A stretch of 64,000 nt of DNA from an uncultured Cellvibrionaceae bacterium (GTDB taxonomy: Bacteria > Pseudomonadota > Gammaproteobacteria > Pseudomonadales > Cellvibrionaceae), in the NCBI GenBank assembly GCA_964342265.1, contig CAYFFE010000001.1, positions 4,362 to 68,361 on the forward strand, written 5' to 3'. Positions 19,357 through 28,935 of the stretch are shown here, piece by piece. A model generated the notes under the pieces. The model was not told the DNA's origin. It ran no database searches and saw only the letters and a list, made by a program, of their open reading frames with translations. Both the position numbers and the translations under genes were made by a program. Position 1 is the first letter of the stretch, and every line of letters starts with the position of its first letter.

Positions 19357-20133
19357 ATGGCCGGTGATTCCAGCAAGTCAAAACGGGCCGATCAACTACT
19401 GGTGGAGCAAAATTTGGCTGCCTCCCGCGCCCAGGCCTCGCGCTTGATCAAAGCGGATGCCGTACAAGTGCAGCAGGCGGGCCAGTGGCAGTTGGTGCAA
19501 AAACCCTCCCAGCCTCTGTTTGCCGACAGCGTTTTGCGCGTGCTCGACAATACCGAAACCCAATACGTATCGCGCGGCGGCCACAAGCTGGCGCGGGCGT
19601 TGGATGCCTCGAATACAATCGTCGATGGCTGCACCGCGCTGGATGTGGGTCAGTCCACCGGCGGCTTTACCGATTGCTTGTTGAGTCGCGGCGCCCGCCA
19701 AGTTGTGGGGGTGGATGTGGGCCGCGATCAATTGGCCGAGCGGCTGCGCTTGGATGCGCGCGTGGTGTGTTTGGAAGGCATTAACGCGCGCAACTTGCCG
19801 AGCGAACAACTGCTGGCCTACGCGCCGGGCGGCTTCGATTTGGCCGTTATGGACGTATCGTTTATCTCCCAAACCCTTATTTTGCCCAACCTGCCCGATT
19901 TGCTGAAACCGGGTGGCGTTTTGCTGAGTTTGGTAAAGCCCCAGTTCGAAGTGGGCAAAGACAACATCGGCAAAGGCGGTTTGGTGCGCGACGAGCGTTT
20001 GTACCCCGCGGTGCAAGACAAGATCGTGCGTTGTTTGCAGTCGCTGGACTTTACCGTGCAGCACTATTTACCCAGCCCCATCGAAGGCGGCGACGGCAAC
20101 CGCGAATTTCTGGTGGTGGCCCGTCGCTCCTAA
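19357..20133 (+). CDS. tlyA: TlyA family rRNA methyltransferase
   Basis: S4 domain, YVSRGG.KL, LDVGQSTGGFTD, DVSFIS, LVKPQFE, GGDGNREF. Confidence 0.95.
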   Translation: MAGDSSKSKRADQLLVEQNLAASRAQASRLIKADAVQVQQAGQWQLVQKPSQPLFADSVLRVLDNTETQYVSRGGHKLARALDASNTIVDGCTALDVGQSTGGFTDCLLSRGARQVVGVDVGRDQLAERLRLDARVVCLEGINARNLPSEQLLAYAPGGFDLAVMDVSFISQTLILPNLPDLLKPGGVLLSLVKPQFEVGKDNIGKGGLVRDERLYPAVQDKIVRCLQSLDFTVQHYLPSPIEGGDGNREFLVVARRS

Positions 20134-20187
20134 GCGCGTTAACAATTAGCGCCCCGCTCCCAAGCGCCTCTGATACAATGCCCCGCC

Positions 20188-22350
20188 ATGGACGTATCGC
20201 ACTTAATTGATCATCTCAACCCCGCCCAGCGCCAGGCCGTTTCCAGCGAGCCCGGCCATCAGTTGATTCTCGCGGGTGCCGGCTCCGGTAAAACGCGGGT
20301 GCTGGTGCACCGCATCGCCTGGTTGATTCAGGTGGCCGGCCACTCGCCGCACTCAATTTTAGCCGTGACCTTTACCAACAAGGCGGCGCGGGAAATGCGC
20401 GCGCGCATCGAAGAGCTGCTCGGCATTAACCCGCGCGGCATGTGGGTGGGTACTTTCCACGGTATTGCTCATCGATTGCTGCAGGCGCACTGGTCGGACG
20501 CCGGCCTAAGCCAGAATTTTCAGATTCTCGACAGCGACGATCAACTGCGACTGATCAAACGCATTTACGGCGAGCTGCACATCGACGAAAAAAAATGGCC
20601 GGCGCGTATGGCCGCCTCCTACATCAACGGCTACAAAGACGAAGGCCGGCGCGCGGCGCACATTCCCGAGAGCGCCGATCTCTACGAGCGCACCATGCTG
20701 GCGGTGTATCGCGAATACGAAGACGCCTGCAATCGTTCGAGCCTGGTGGATTTTGGCGAGCTGCTGCTACGCGCCCACGAGCTGTGGTTGCATCACCCGG
20801 CGCTGCTTAAGCATTATCAAGAGCGTTTCCCGTTTATTTTGGTGGACGAATTCCAAGACACTAACACCATTCAATACGCCTGGTTGCGAGTGTTGGCCGG
20901 CAGCAATTGCTGGGTTACGGCCGTGGGCGACGACGATCAGTCTATTTACGGTTGGCGCGGTGCCAAAATCGAAAACATTCAGCAGTTTGATCGAGATTTT
21001 CCCGGCACCGAAACCATTCGCCTGGAACAAAACTACCGCTCCACAGGCACCATTTTACGTGCGGCCAATGGTGTGATTCAGCACAATTTTGGCCGCTTGG
21101 GTAAAACCCTGCGCACCGACGGCGAAGACGGCGAAGCCATTAGCCTGTACGCCGGCTTTAACGAGCAGGACGAAGCCCGGTTTATTGTCGATCAATTGCA
21201 AAGCTGGACGGCCAAAGGCAATCGTCGCGAATCGGTGGCCATTTTGTACCGCTCCAACGCCCAATCGCGAGTGTTGGAAGAGGCGCTACTGCGCGAATCG
21301 GTGCCCTATCGCATCTACGGCGGCCAACGCTTCTACGACCGTCTGGAAATCAAAAACGCCCTGGCCTACCTGCGCCTATTGGTTAATCGCGACGACGATT
21401 CCGCCCTGGAGCGCATAATCAACACGCCCACGCGCGGCATTGGCGGCAAAACCCTGGATGACATTCGCCTGTTTGCCCGGGAACAGGGCTGCTCACTGTG
21501 GCAGGCTTCGGCCAAGATGTTGGCCAATGGTGTGTTCAGCAAGCGTGCCGGCAACGCTTTGCTGGCTTTTCGCGAGCTGATCGAGCAGTTGAGCCACTAC
21601 ACCGAGGAGCCCCTGGATGGCTTGGTGGAGCGCGTCTTGGAGGCCTCCGGTTTGCTGGAATTTCACGCCAAAGAAAAAGGCGAAAAGGGCCAGGCGCGCA
21701 AAGAAAACCTCGAAGAAATGGTCAGTGCCTGCGGCCAATTTATGCTCGAAGACATCGAGCAAGACCCGCTCACAGCCTTTCTAGCTCAGGCTGCGCTGGA
21801 TGCCGGCGACGAACAAGCCGACGAATTCGAAGACGCCGTGCAACTCATGACATTGCACTCGGCCAAGGGCTTGGAGTTTCCTCTGGTGTTTATCGCCGGT
21901 GCGGAAGAGAATTTATTCCCCCATAAAATGTCGGTGGAAGACCCGGATCGGCTCGAAGAAGAGCGCCGACTGGCCTATGTGGGAATTACCCGTGCCATGA
22001 CTAAGTTGGTGCTTACTTACGCCGAAACCCGGCGCATTCATGGCAAAGAAAGCTTTAATAGCGTCTCGCGCTTTGTTAAGGAAATCCCCGACGACTGTCT
22101 GCAAGAAGTGCGCTTAAAGTCCACCGTAGCTCGCCCGGGCAACTTTAACGCCGCACCGGGCAGTCGTTTCAGCGATGACCCCAGCGAATCGGGTTTCAGT
22201 TTGGGCCAGCGGGTGTTGCATCCGATTTTTGGCGAGGGGGTAATCATGCATTGCGAGGGCACCGGGCCCAACAGCCGCATTCAAATCAACTTCGACGATG
22301 TGGGCAATAAGTGGCTGGTGATGCAATACGCCAAACTGCAACCGGCCTAA
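20188..22350 (+). CDS. uvrD: DNA helicase II
   Basis: AGAGSGKT, VDEFQDTN, LEQNYRS, TLHSAKGLEF, C-terminal Tudor-like domain. Confidence 0.97.
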   Translation: MDVSHLIDHLNPAQRQAVSSEPGHQLILAGAGSGKTRVLVHRIAWLIQVAGHSPHSILAVTFTNKAAREMRARIEELLGINPRGMWVGTFHGIAHRLLQAHWSDAGLSQNFQILDSDDQLRLIKRIYGELHIDEKKWPARMAASYINGYKDEGRRAAHIPESADLYERTMLAVYREYEDACNRSSLVDFGELLLRAHELWLHHPALLKHYQERFPFILVDEFQDTNTIQYAWLRVLAGSNCWVTAVGDDDQSIYGWRGAKIENIQQFDRDFPGTETIRLEQNYRSTGTILRAANGVIQHNFGRLGKTLRTDGEDGEAISLYAGFNEQDEARFIVDQLQSWTAKGNRRESVAILYRSNAQSRVLEEALLRESVPYRIYGGQRFYDRLEIKNALAYLRLLVNRDDDSALERIINTPTRGIGGKTLDDIRLFAREQGCSLWQASAKMLANGVFSKRAGNALLAFRELIEQLSHYTEEPLDGLVERVLEASGLLEFHAKEKGEKGQARKENLEEMVSACGQFMLEDIEQDPLTAFLAQAALDAGDEQADEFEDAVQLMTLHSAKGLEFPLVFIAGAEENLFPHKMSVEDPDRLEEERRLAYVGITRAMTKLVLTYAETRRIHGKESFNSVSRFVKEIPDDCLQEVRLKSTVARPGNFNAAPGSRFSDDPSESGFSLGQRVLHPIFGEGVIMHCEGTGPNSRIQINFDDVGNKWLVMQYAKLQPA

Positions 22351-22407
22351 CGCGCGGACGATTACCGTTTAAAAACTTCGAACAATAAATTTAAAAGGGA
22401 AGTATTT

Positions 22408-23556
22408 ATGTCTGATTCTCGGACCGAAGCCCAGCGCTTAATGCCGGCACTGGTGGTGGCCTTGGTGGCGCTGGTGATGGTTTTGTTTGGCTTGTACATC
22501 AATGAGGTGATTAAAAAACCGGTCTCCGATGGCAGCAAGGGTCAGGATTTGGCCACCAGTAACGAAGTTTTTCACTGGAAGTTGGTTACCACCTGGCCGA
22601 AAAACTTTCCGGGCCTGGGCACCGCGCCCGAAACCTTCGCCCGCTTAGCCAGCGAGCTCAGTAACGGCCGCCTGCAAATTAAGGTGCATGGCGCGGGTGA
22701 GTTGGTGCCGGCACTGGGGGTGTTCGATGCGGTGTCGTCCGGCAGTGTGCAAATGGGCCACGGTGCGTCTTACTACTGGAAAGGCAAGGTGCCCGCGGCG
22801 GTGTTTTACACCACCGTTCCTTTTGGCATGAACGCCCAGGAAACCAACGGTTGGATCAACTTTGGTGGCGGTATGGAACTGTGGCGCGAAATCTACGAGC
22901 CGTTTAATTTGATTCCCTTCCAAGGTGGCAACACCGGCGTGCAAATGGGCGGCTGGTACAACACCAAAATCGAATCGCTCGACGACATCAAAGGCGTAAA
23001 AATGCGCATTCCGGGTTTGGGCGGCGAGGTTTGGTCGCGCGCTGGCGGTGTTTCGGTAACGCTGGCCGGCAACGAGCTGTACACATCCCTGCAAACCGGG
23101 GTCATCGACGCCACTGAATGGGTGGGGCCCTACAACGACTTGGCCATGGGGTTTCATCAGGTGGCCAATTACTACTACTACCCAGGCTGGCACGAACCGG
23201 GTGCGATGTTGGAATTTATCGTCAACAAAGATGCCTATGAAACACTGCCGCAAGATTTGCAAGCCATCATCGAAGTGGCCACCATCGCGGCCAACCAATT
23301 GATGCTCGACCAATTTACCGGGGCCAACAACGCCGCACTGAAAGAATTAACCGAGCAACACGAGGTGGAGCTGTTGGCCTACCCAGACGACGTTCTCAAA
23401 GAATTTAAAGCCATCGCTGCCGATGTGTATCGCGATATTTCCGCCAAGGATCCTCAGTTTGCTAAGGTGTATGAGAGCTACTCGGCGTTTCAGGAGCAAG
23501 TGAGCGACTATCATTTGATTTCTGAAGAGGCTTACTACCGGGCTCGCAAGCAGTAA
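22408..23556 (+). CDS. dctP: TRAP transporter substrate-binding protein (DctP/TakP type)
   Basis: WKLVTTWP, QMGGW, KMRIPGLGG, IDATEWVGP, PGWHEPG. Confidence 0.92.
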   Translation: MSDSRTEAQRLMPALVVALVALVMVLFGLYINEVIKKPVSDGSKGQDLATSNEVFHWKLVTTWPKNFPGLGTAPETFARLASELSNGRLQIKVHGAGELVPALGVFDAVSSGSVQMGHGASYYWKGKVPAAVFYTTVPFGMNAQETNGWINFGGGMELWREIYEPFNLIPFQGGNTGVQMGGWYNTKIESLDDIKGVKMRIPGLGGEVWSRAGGVSVTLAGNELYTSLQTGVIDATEWVGPYNDLAMGFHQVANYYYYPGWHEPGAMLEFIVNKDAYETLPQDLQAIIEVATIAANQLMLDQFTGANNAALKELTEQHEVELLAYPDDVLKEFKAIAADVYRDISAKDPQFAKVYESYSAFQEQVSDYHLISEEAYYRARKQ

Positions 23557-23674
23557 GCTCCACCTGAGACGATTGATGAATACAAGACTGGCAATTACCA
23601 AGTGATATTACTTATCATTTAGCACCGACTCGCAATCTCTGTTGAGCACCGGTGTCTGCATCATTGGAGTCTGT

Positions 23675-24349
23675 ATGTATGCGTTAAATTTGCAAACCCT
23701 ACGCGCGCTGTTTAAAAAAGACCGCAAGCGCTCGGTACCCGAAGAACTGGTAAACTCCATCTCCCACGGTGTGGGCGCGCTGGTAAGCATTGCCGCGGCC
23801 ACCCTACTGATCGCCATGGCCAGCGTCGAAACCGATGTTTGGACCATCGTCGCGGTGTCCATTTACGGGGGCAGTTTGTTTTTGCTGTATTTATCCTCCA
23901 CGCTCTACCACAGCATTCCATTTCCGCGCGCTAAAAAGGTACTGCGGCTGATGGATCACTGTGCGATTTACCTGCTGATCGCCGGCACTTACACGCCGTT
24001 TTTATTGGTGAGTATTCGCGGGCCGCTGGGTTGGAGTCTGTTTGCGTTGGTGTGGGTGCTGGCGATTGTCGGTATCACCATCAAACTGACCGCGCGCGGT
24101 AAGCTGCACGGATTGCACGTGTTTAACTACATCGTTATGGGTTGGGTTGGCATCGTCGCCGCACCTAAACTGGCGGCGGCCCTGTCGCCGTTAACGGCCG
24201 ATTTAGTGTTGGCCGGGGGAATTGTGTATACCGCGGGGGTTATTTTCTACGCCCTCGATCGACTACCTTACGCTCATTCAATTTGGCATATTTTTGTGCT
24301 GGGCGGCTCTTGCTGCCATTACATCGCCATTTATAACGATATGGTTTGA
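23675..24349 (+). CDS. trhA: PAQR/hemolysin III family membrane protein
   Basis: EELVNSISH, SSTLYH, DHCAIYLLIAGTYTP, HSIWHIFVL. Confidence 0.92.
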   Translation: MYALNLQTLRALFKKDRKRSVPEELVNSISHGVGALVSIAAATLLIAMASVETDVWTIVAVSIYGGSLFLLYLSSTLYHSIPFPRAKKVLRLMDHCAIYLLIAGTYTPFLLVSIRGPLGWSLFALVWVLAIVGITIKLTARGKLHGLHVFNYIVMGWVGIVAAPKLAAALSPLTADLVLAGGIVYTAGVIFYALDRLPYAHSIWHIFVLGGSCCHYIAIYNDMV

Positions 24350-24373
24350 TGTTGGGTTAGGTTGTTAGTGGCT

Positions 24374-24733
24374 TCAATTTAAGCAGTACTGGTGGTGGGT
24401 GATGGGTTGGCCTTCTTCTACCTCAATGCTCTCTATTCTGGCTGGTTTGGGACTCACAATTTCCAAAACAACTTTGCTCGTTTCGAGCTCAATGAGCAAT
24501 TCACCGGTGTCGACTGCTTGACCGTTTTTGACATGGACTTTAGCCACTTTGGTCTTGTGGGTTTCATAGTCAGGTAGTTGGGGGGCCCTCAGCTCGCCTG
24601 TCGACTCACAGAAGGTTTTAAGTTTTTTTTGTTTATTGTGTGGTCGCCGAGTGCAATAAAAATACAGGTTGCAAACGCCGATTACCGTCGCTGCTAAAAA
24701 GCAAACTGTCGAAAGCACCGATGAATCATACAT
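24374..24733 (-). CDS. Membrane-anchored biotinyl/lipoyl-domain protein, possibly frameshifted near the 3' end
   Basis: N-terminal hydrophobic helix; VKNGQAVDTGELLIELETSKVVLEIVSP resembles the lipoyl ETxK motif. Confidence 0.7.
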   Translation of the reverse strand: MYDSSVLSTVCFLAATVIGVCNLYFYCTRRPHNKQKKLKTFCESTGELRAPQLPDYETHKTKVAKVHVKNGQAVDTGELLIELETSKVVLEIVSPKPARIESIEVEEGQPITHHQYCLN

Positions 24734-24790
24734 TGGGAATTCTGCGGCAGGCGAAAGCCTGCCAAAATACCTAGAAAAACTGCAACAAGC

Positions 24791-25195
24791 CTAGCGTTCG
24801 ATTAAGCGGGTGCGGCCGTTTTGATCGATGGCCACGTAGATAAACTCGCCCTCGGTAACTTTCATCAGCTCCTGCTCGCCCACCACTTTTAGCCAGACTT
24901 CGACCATGGTTTTAATGGAGGAGCGGCCCACTTCCAGAATGTCGACGTAACAGCGCACCTGCGCACCCACCGGTACCGGACGCAAAAACGCCATGCTGCC
25001 GACAGCAACGGTGGTAACGCGACCGTCGGCCAGTTCCTGGGCGATTACCGAGCCGGCAATGTCCATTTGAGTGAGTAGCCAGCCGGCGAACACGTCGCCT
25101 TCGGCATTGGTGGCCGTGCGCATGGCGACGGTTTGCAGGCCCAATTCTCCATTGGGTTGAGGTATTTCATCCATATCGTCGTAGGAATCGCTCAT
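24791..25195 (-). CDS. yciA: Acyl-CoA thioesterase (hotdog fold)
   Basis: N..GDVFAGWL..QMDIA, TVAV..M.F.RPV.VG, VGRSS, YVAID. Confidence 0.9.
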   Translation of the reverse strand: MSDSYDDMDEIPQPNGELGLQTVAMRTATNAEGDVFAGWLLTQMDIAGSVIAQELADGRVTTVAVGSMAFLRPVPVGAQVRCYVDILEVGRSSIKTMVEVWLKVVGEQELMKVTEGEFIYVAIDQNGRTRLIER

Positions 25196-25379
25196 TGAGA
25201 TTTCCTTAATATTATTATCACTCTGTTGCAAGTAAGGGCTAGGCCGAGTCTTGTTATAAAATTTTTATGCTTGGTGGTGTATTGCGTCGGTTAGGGCAAA
25301 TACCAGCCAAGATTTAATTAATTTGTTTCACTAATTACAGGATACCCTGATTCTTAAATACTTATTGTAAGAAATAAGT

Positions 25380-25427
25380 TAAGGAACCTCTGATTAATTC
25401 AGGGATGAGTTAATCAGAGTTTTCTTA
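25380..25427. repeat. Palindromic intergenic element, copy 1 (MITE/REP-like)
   Basis: TAAGGAACCTCTGATTAATTC-AGGGAT-GAGTTAATCAGAGTTTTCTTA; 21-bp arms with 18/21 complementarity, TA at both ends. Confidence 0.75.
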
Positions 25428-26786
25428 AGACAGTTGCGATGGTAACCAAGTAACCAAACCGGGCCATATTGCCAGAGCTACCAGCAGCAGCAACTGTAAA
25501 ACGATAAAAGGCACCACGCCGGAGTAAATTTCTGACGTTAATACCGATTTTGGTGCGACGCCACGCAAATAAAAGAGCGCAAATCCAAACGGTGGCGTGA
25601 GGAAAGACGTTTGCAAGTTAATGGCAATCATAATTCCCAGCCAAATGGGGTCTACGCCCAAAATCAACAGCACAGGTGCCACCAACGGCACCACCACAAA
25701 GGTAATTTCAATAAAATCGAGAATAAAGCCAAGCAAGAAAATCACCAACATCACCACCAGCGTGGCGGTGACCACCCCACCCGGCATATTGGTAAACACA
25801 TGCTCGATTAATTCTTCGCCGCCGTAGCCGCGAAAGACCAGAGAAAACACCGATGCCCCCACCAAAATAGTAAAGACCATAACGGTAGTTTTGGTGGTGG
25901 CAGTGCACGAATCCCAGAAGTTTTTGCGGCTCAGTTGGCCTTTAATTAACGCTAAAAGTACCGCGCCAGTCGCTCCGACGCCAGCGGCTTCGGTGGGGGT
26001 GGCGACACCGCCGATAATCGACCCCAACACTACGGTAACCAGCGCCAACGGCGGTACTAAACTGCTGATCAACGACGGCCAATGAATGGCTTCGCGCGGT
26101 GCGTCGCCGCCGCTGTGGCCGGGGCGCAACAGGGCGTTGATTAAAACATAGGCGATGTACATCGCGACCAGTACCAAGCCCGGAATCACCGCGCCAACAA
26201 ACATATCGCCGACCGACACCGGTGTTGCGTTAAAAACGCCCTGGCTGAGTTGCGCCTGTTGATTGGCGGCCGAGAGTATATCGCCCAGCAGCACCAGTGC
26301 AATCGATGGCGGGATGATTTGTCCCAAGGTGCCGGTGGCGCAAATGGTGCCGGTGGCTAACGATTTGCTGTAGCCGGCGTTGAGCATGGTCGGCAGCGAC
26401 ATCAAGCCCATGGTCACCACGGTGGCACCAACAATACCGGTGGAGGCGGCCAGCAGCATACCCACCAACACCACCGAAATACCCAAGCCACCGGGCAGTG
26501 CGCCGCACAGCTTGGCCATGTTTTGCAGCAAGTCTTCGGCGATGCGGCTTTTCTCCAGCACCACGCCCATAAAAATAAACAGCGGCACGGCAATCAGTGT
26601 GGTGTTGGCCATGGTGCCAAACAGCCGATCGGGTAGCGCGCGCAATAAATGCGGATCGAACACGCCACTGGCAATGCCCGCGCCGGCAAAAATCAATGAA
26701 CAGCCCGCCAGGGTAAAGGCCACCGGGTAGCCCAGCATCAGCACCAAACACACGCAGGCAAACAACAGTAAAGGAATAAATTCCAC
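25425..26786 (-). CDS. dctM: TRAP transporter large permease
   Basis: GYPVAF, GTLGQIIPPS, ATPTEAA, LQTSFLTPPFG. Confidence 0.95.
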   Translation of the reverse strand: MEFIPLLLFACVCLVLMLGYPVAFTLAGCSLIFAGAGIASGVFDPHLLRALPDRLFGTMANTTLIAVPLFIFMGVVLEKSRIAEDLLQNMAKLCGALPGGLGISVVLVGMLLAASTGIVGATVVTMGLMSLPTMLNAGYSKSLATGTICATGTLGQIIPPSIALVLLGDILSAANQQAQLSQGVFNATPVSVGDMFVGAVIPGLVLVAMYIAYVLINALLRPGHSGGDAPREAIHWPSLISSLVPPLALVTVVLGSIIGGVATPTEAAGVGATGAVLLALIKGQLSRKNFWDSCTATTKTTVMVFTILVGASVFSLVFRGYGGEELIEHVFTNMPGGVVTATLVVMLVIFLLGFILDFIEITFVVVPLVAPVLLILGVDPIWLGIMIAINLQTSFLTPPFGFALFYLRGVAPKSVLTSEIYSGVVPFIVLQLLLLVALAIWPGLVTWLPSQLS

Positions 26787-26804
26787 GAAGAGTTCTCCTT
26801 GGGA

Positions 26805-27365
26805 TTACGCGGAAAGGCGTGTGACGGGACGATCGATCAGGCGCAAGGTGTTGGCCAATACTTCGTTTAAGCATTGCAGAGTGAGCAGGCCCGCGGCCAA
26901 TGGCAAAAACGATTTGAGCAAATACACCAGTGGAATTCCGCCGGGCTCGGCGGAGGTTTCGCCGATGGCCCAACTGCGCGCGGCGTAGTCGATAGTAGTT
27001 GCCAGCAGCACCACACACAGCGGCAACAGCAACACCAACCCGCCAATGGCATTTACCCAGGCTTGGTTTTTGGGGCTGAATGTGCGGTAGAGAATATCCA
27101 CGCGCACCTGGCCATCGGCTTTTAAGGTGTAGGCCATGGCCACCAAAAAAATCCAGGCGTGCAAATAGGTAATCGATTCCTGCAGTGCAATAGAGCCAAT
27201 GCCAAAACCGTAGCGCAACACCACCACGGTAAACATTACTGCCACCATAACCGGCATCAGCGCGGCGCAAATGTGGCCGGTAAAACCGGTGAGTCGGTCG
27301 ATGAAAGCGACAAGTTTGTGGAGAAAGCCGGCGTTTTGATTGTCCACCGGTGCGTGGTTTGGCAC
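26805..27365 (-). CDS. dctQ: TRAP transporter small permease
   Basis: VVLRY.F, ALQE, YTL..D..VRVDI.Y, E.S.EPGG.P. Confidence 0.93.
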   Translation of the reverse strand: MPNHAPVDNQNAGFLHKLVAFIDRLTGFTGHICAALMPVMVAVMFTVVVLRYGFGIGSIALQESITYLHAWIFLVAMAYTLKADGQVRVDILYRTFSPKNQAWVNAIGGLVLLLPLCVVLLATTIDYAARSWAIGETSAEPGGIPLVYLLKSFLPLAAGLLTLQCLNEVLANTLRLIDRPVTRLSA

Positions 27366-27642
27366 GAGTGCCCCCTTTGTTGATTATTTGTTTCAGGCGC
27401 CGGCGCAGTATACCCGAGATGAGCACCGGGTTGGCACGAGCGGATAAACAAAAGGGGTTTACAGAATTTATACAAAAATGACTAGTTTTTTTGACTCGAT
27501 CAACGCGCTTTAAAACGCCGGCATTTTTATAATGTTCAAGCTGCAAAAAAGTGCGCTTTTATAAACAATTCTGTCGCAGAGGCTCAGTATAGTGGGCTTC
27601 TTTAAACAGGCATGATCAGTTTTCAGTCAGCGCATCGAGTGC

Positions 27643-27694
27643 CTGTAATATTTTTATCATGTCATTGTAATAATATTGAAATCTAAAGTGTCAC
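27643..27694 (+). promoter_or_regulatory. Pho box array upstream of pstS
   Basis: Half-sites CTGTAAT (27643), TTATCAT (27654), TTGTAAT (27665), TTGAAAT (27676) at 11-bp period, and GTGTCAC (27688); PhoB consensus is CTGTCAT-N4. Confidence 0.75.
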
Positions 27695-27771
27695 AATGTC
27701 GGAAAGTTAAAGCCGTTGCTTTGATGTAATCCAACCGTGGCCAAAGTCGGCATAAGCCCTTAGGAGTTATT

Positions 27772-28824
27772 GTGAAGAATTTATGGAAAGTTATGTGCGC
27801 AACCGCCCTGGTGGCGATGCCGCTATCCCAGGCCAATGCCGCGCGCGACTACATCGAGATTGTCGGTTCTTCTACCGTCTATCCATTTGCCACTGTGGTG
27901 GCAGAGCGCTTTGGTCGCGCCACACCGTTTCGCACACCCAAAATCGAAGCGACCGGCTCTGGCGGCGGTTTAAAATTATTTTGCCAAGGCGTGGGCGATG
28001 CTCACCCGGATATCACCAACGCCTCGCGCCGCATTAAAGAAAAAGAAGTGCAGCAGTGTCGCAAAAACGGCGTTAACGAAATTGTTGAAGTATTAATTGG
28101 CTACGACGGCATCGTTTTGGGCCAGGACATCAGCGCGCCGCAAATGCATTTAACTCGCAAAGAATTATTTATGGCCTTGGCCGCAGAGGTCCCCGATCCT
28201 AACGCGCCGGGCAAACTTATTGCCAATCCCTACAAAACCTGGAAGCAGGTCAATGCCGAGCTGCCCGACAACAAAATCGAAGTGTTGGGCCCCCCGCCCA
28301 CTTCCGGCACACGCGATGCCTTTGTTGAGTTGGTCATGGAAGAAGGCTGCAAACAAGTACCCTGGTTGGCTACCCTTGCCGAAAACCACAAAGAGCAATT
28401 TAAAAGTGTTTGTCATCACGTTCGAGAAGACGGCGCGTTTATCGAAGCCGGCGAGAACGACAATTTGATCGTGCAAAAATTGCGAGCTAATCCCAAAGCG
28501 TTTGGTATTTTTGGTTTTAGCTTCCTAGATCAAAATAGCGACGTTATTAAAGGTGCTACCATCGACGGCGAAGCACCCACTTTCGATGATATTGCCGAAG
28601 GTAATTACCCGGTGTCTCGCCCGTTGTATTTTTACGTGAAAAAAGCGCACATTGGTGTTATTCCCGGTTTGAGCGAATACTTGGCGGAGTTTACCAGTAA
28701 CAAAGCTTGGGGAACCGATGGCTATTTGGCCGATAAAGGCATGATTCCGTTGAGTGCTGCTGAGCGCGCCCGCGTTGCCAAAGATGTAGAAGAATTGAAC
28801 AACCTGCAATTAAGCAGCAAGTAA
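27772..28824 (+). CDS. pstS: Phosphate ABC transporter substrate-binding protein
   Basis: Signal peptide, GSSTVYP, GSGGG, GPPPTSGTRD, YPVSRPLY. Confidence 0.96.
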   Translation: MKNLWKVMCATALVAMPLSQANAARDYIEIVGSSTVYPFATVVAERFGRATPFRTPKIEATGSGGGLKLFCQGVGDAHPDITNASRRIKEKEVQQCRKNGVNEIVEVLIGYDGIVLGQDISAPQMHLTRKELFMALAAEVPDPNAPGKLIANPYKTWKQVNAELPDNKIEVLGPPPTSGTRDAFVELVMEEGCKQVPWLATLAENHKEQFKSVCHHVREDGAFIEAGENDNLIVQKLRANPKAFGIFGFSFLDQNSDVIKGATIDGEAPTFDDIAEGNYPVSRPLYFYVKKAHIGVIPGLSEYLAEFTSNKAWGTDGYLADKGMIPLSAAERARVAKDVEELNNLQLSSK

Positions 28825-28864
28825 TTATTCTTTTGCCTCGGGCAATAATTTTTAGTTCGTAATT

Positions 28865-28912
28865 AAACCCGCTGTTTATCGGTTGCAAATTAATCGAGCA
28901 AACAGCGGGTTT
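28865..28912 (+). terminator. Intercistronic stem-loop between pstS and pstC
   Basis: AAACCCGCTGTTT...AAACAGCGGGTTT, perfect 13-bp inverted repeat. Confidence 0.6.
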
Positions 28913-28935
28913 TGTTACCCAAACAGTTCACCATT

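Noticed and set aside
18311-24349. Toxin or prophage lysis locus (holin-like CidA/LrgB, TlyA, hemolysin III)
   Set aside because: These are housekeeping families with misleading names; no phage genes are nearby.
26230-27546. 438-aa minus-strand ORF overlapping dctQ/dctM
   Set aside because: Alternative-frame artefact; Arg-rich and domainless, over two well-supported genes.
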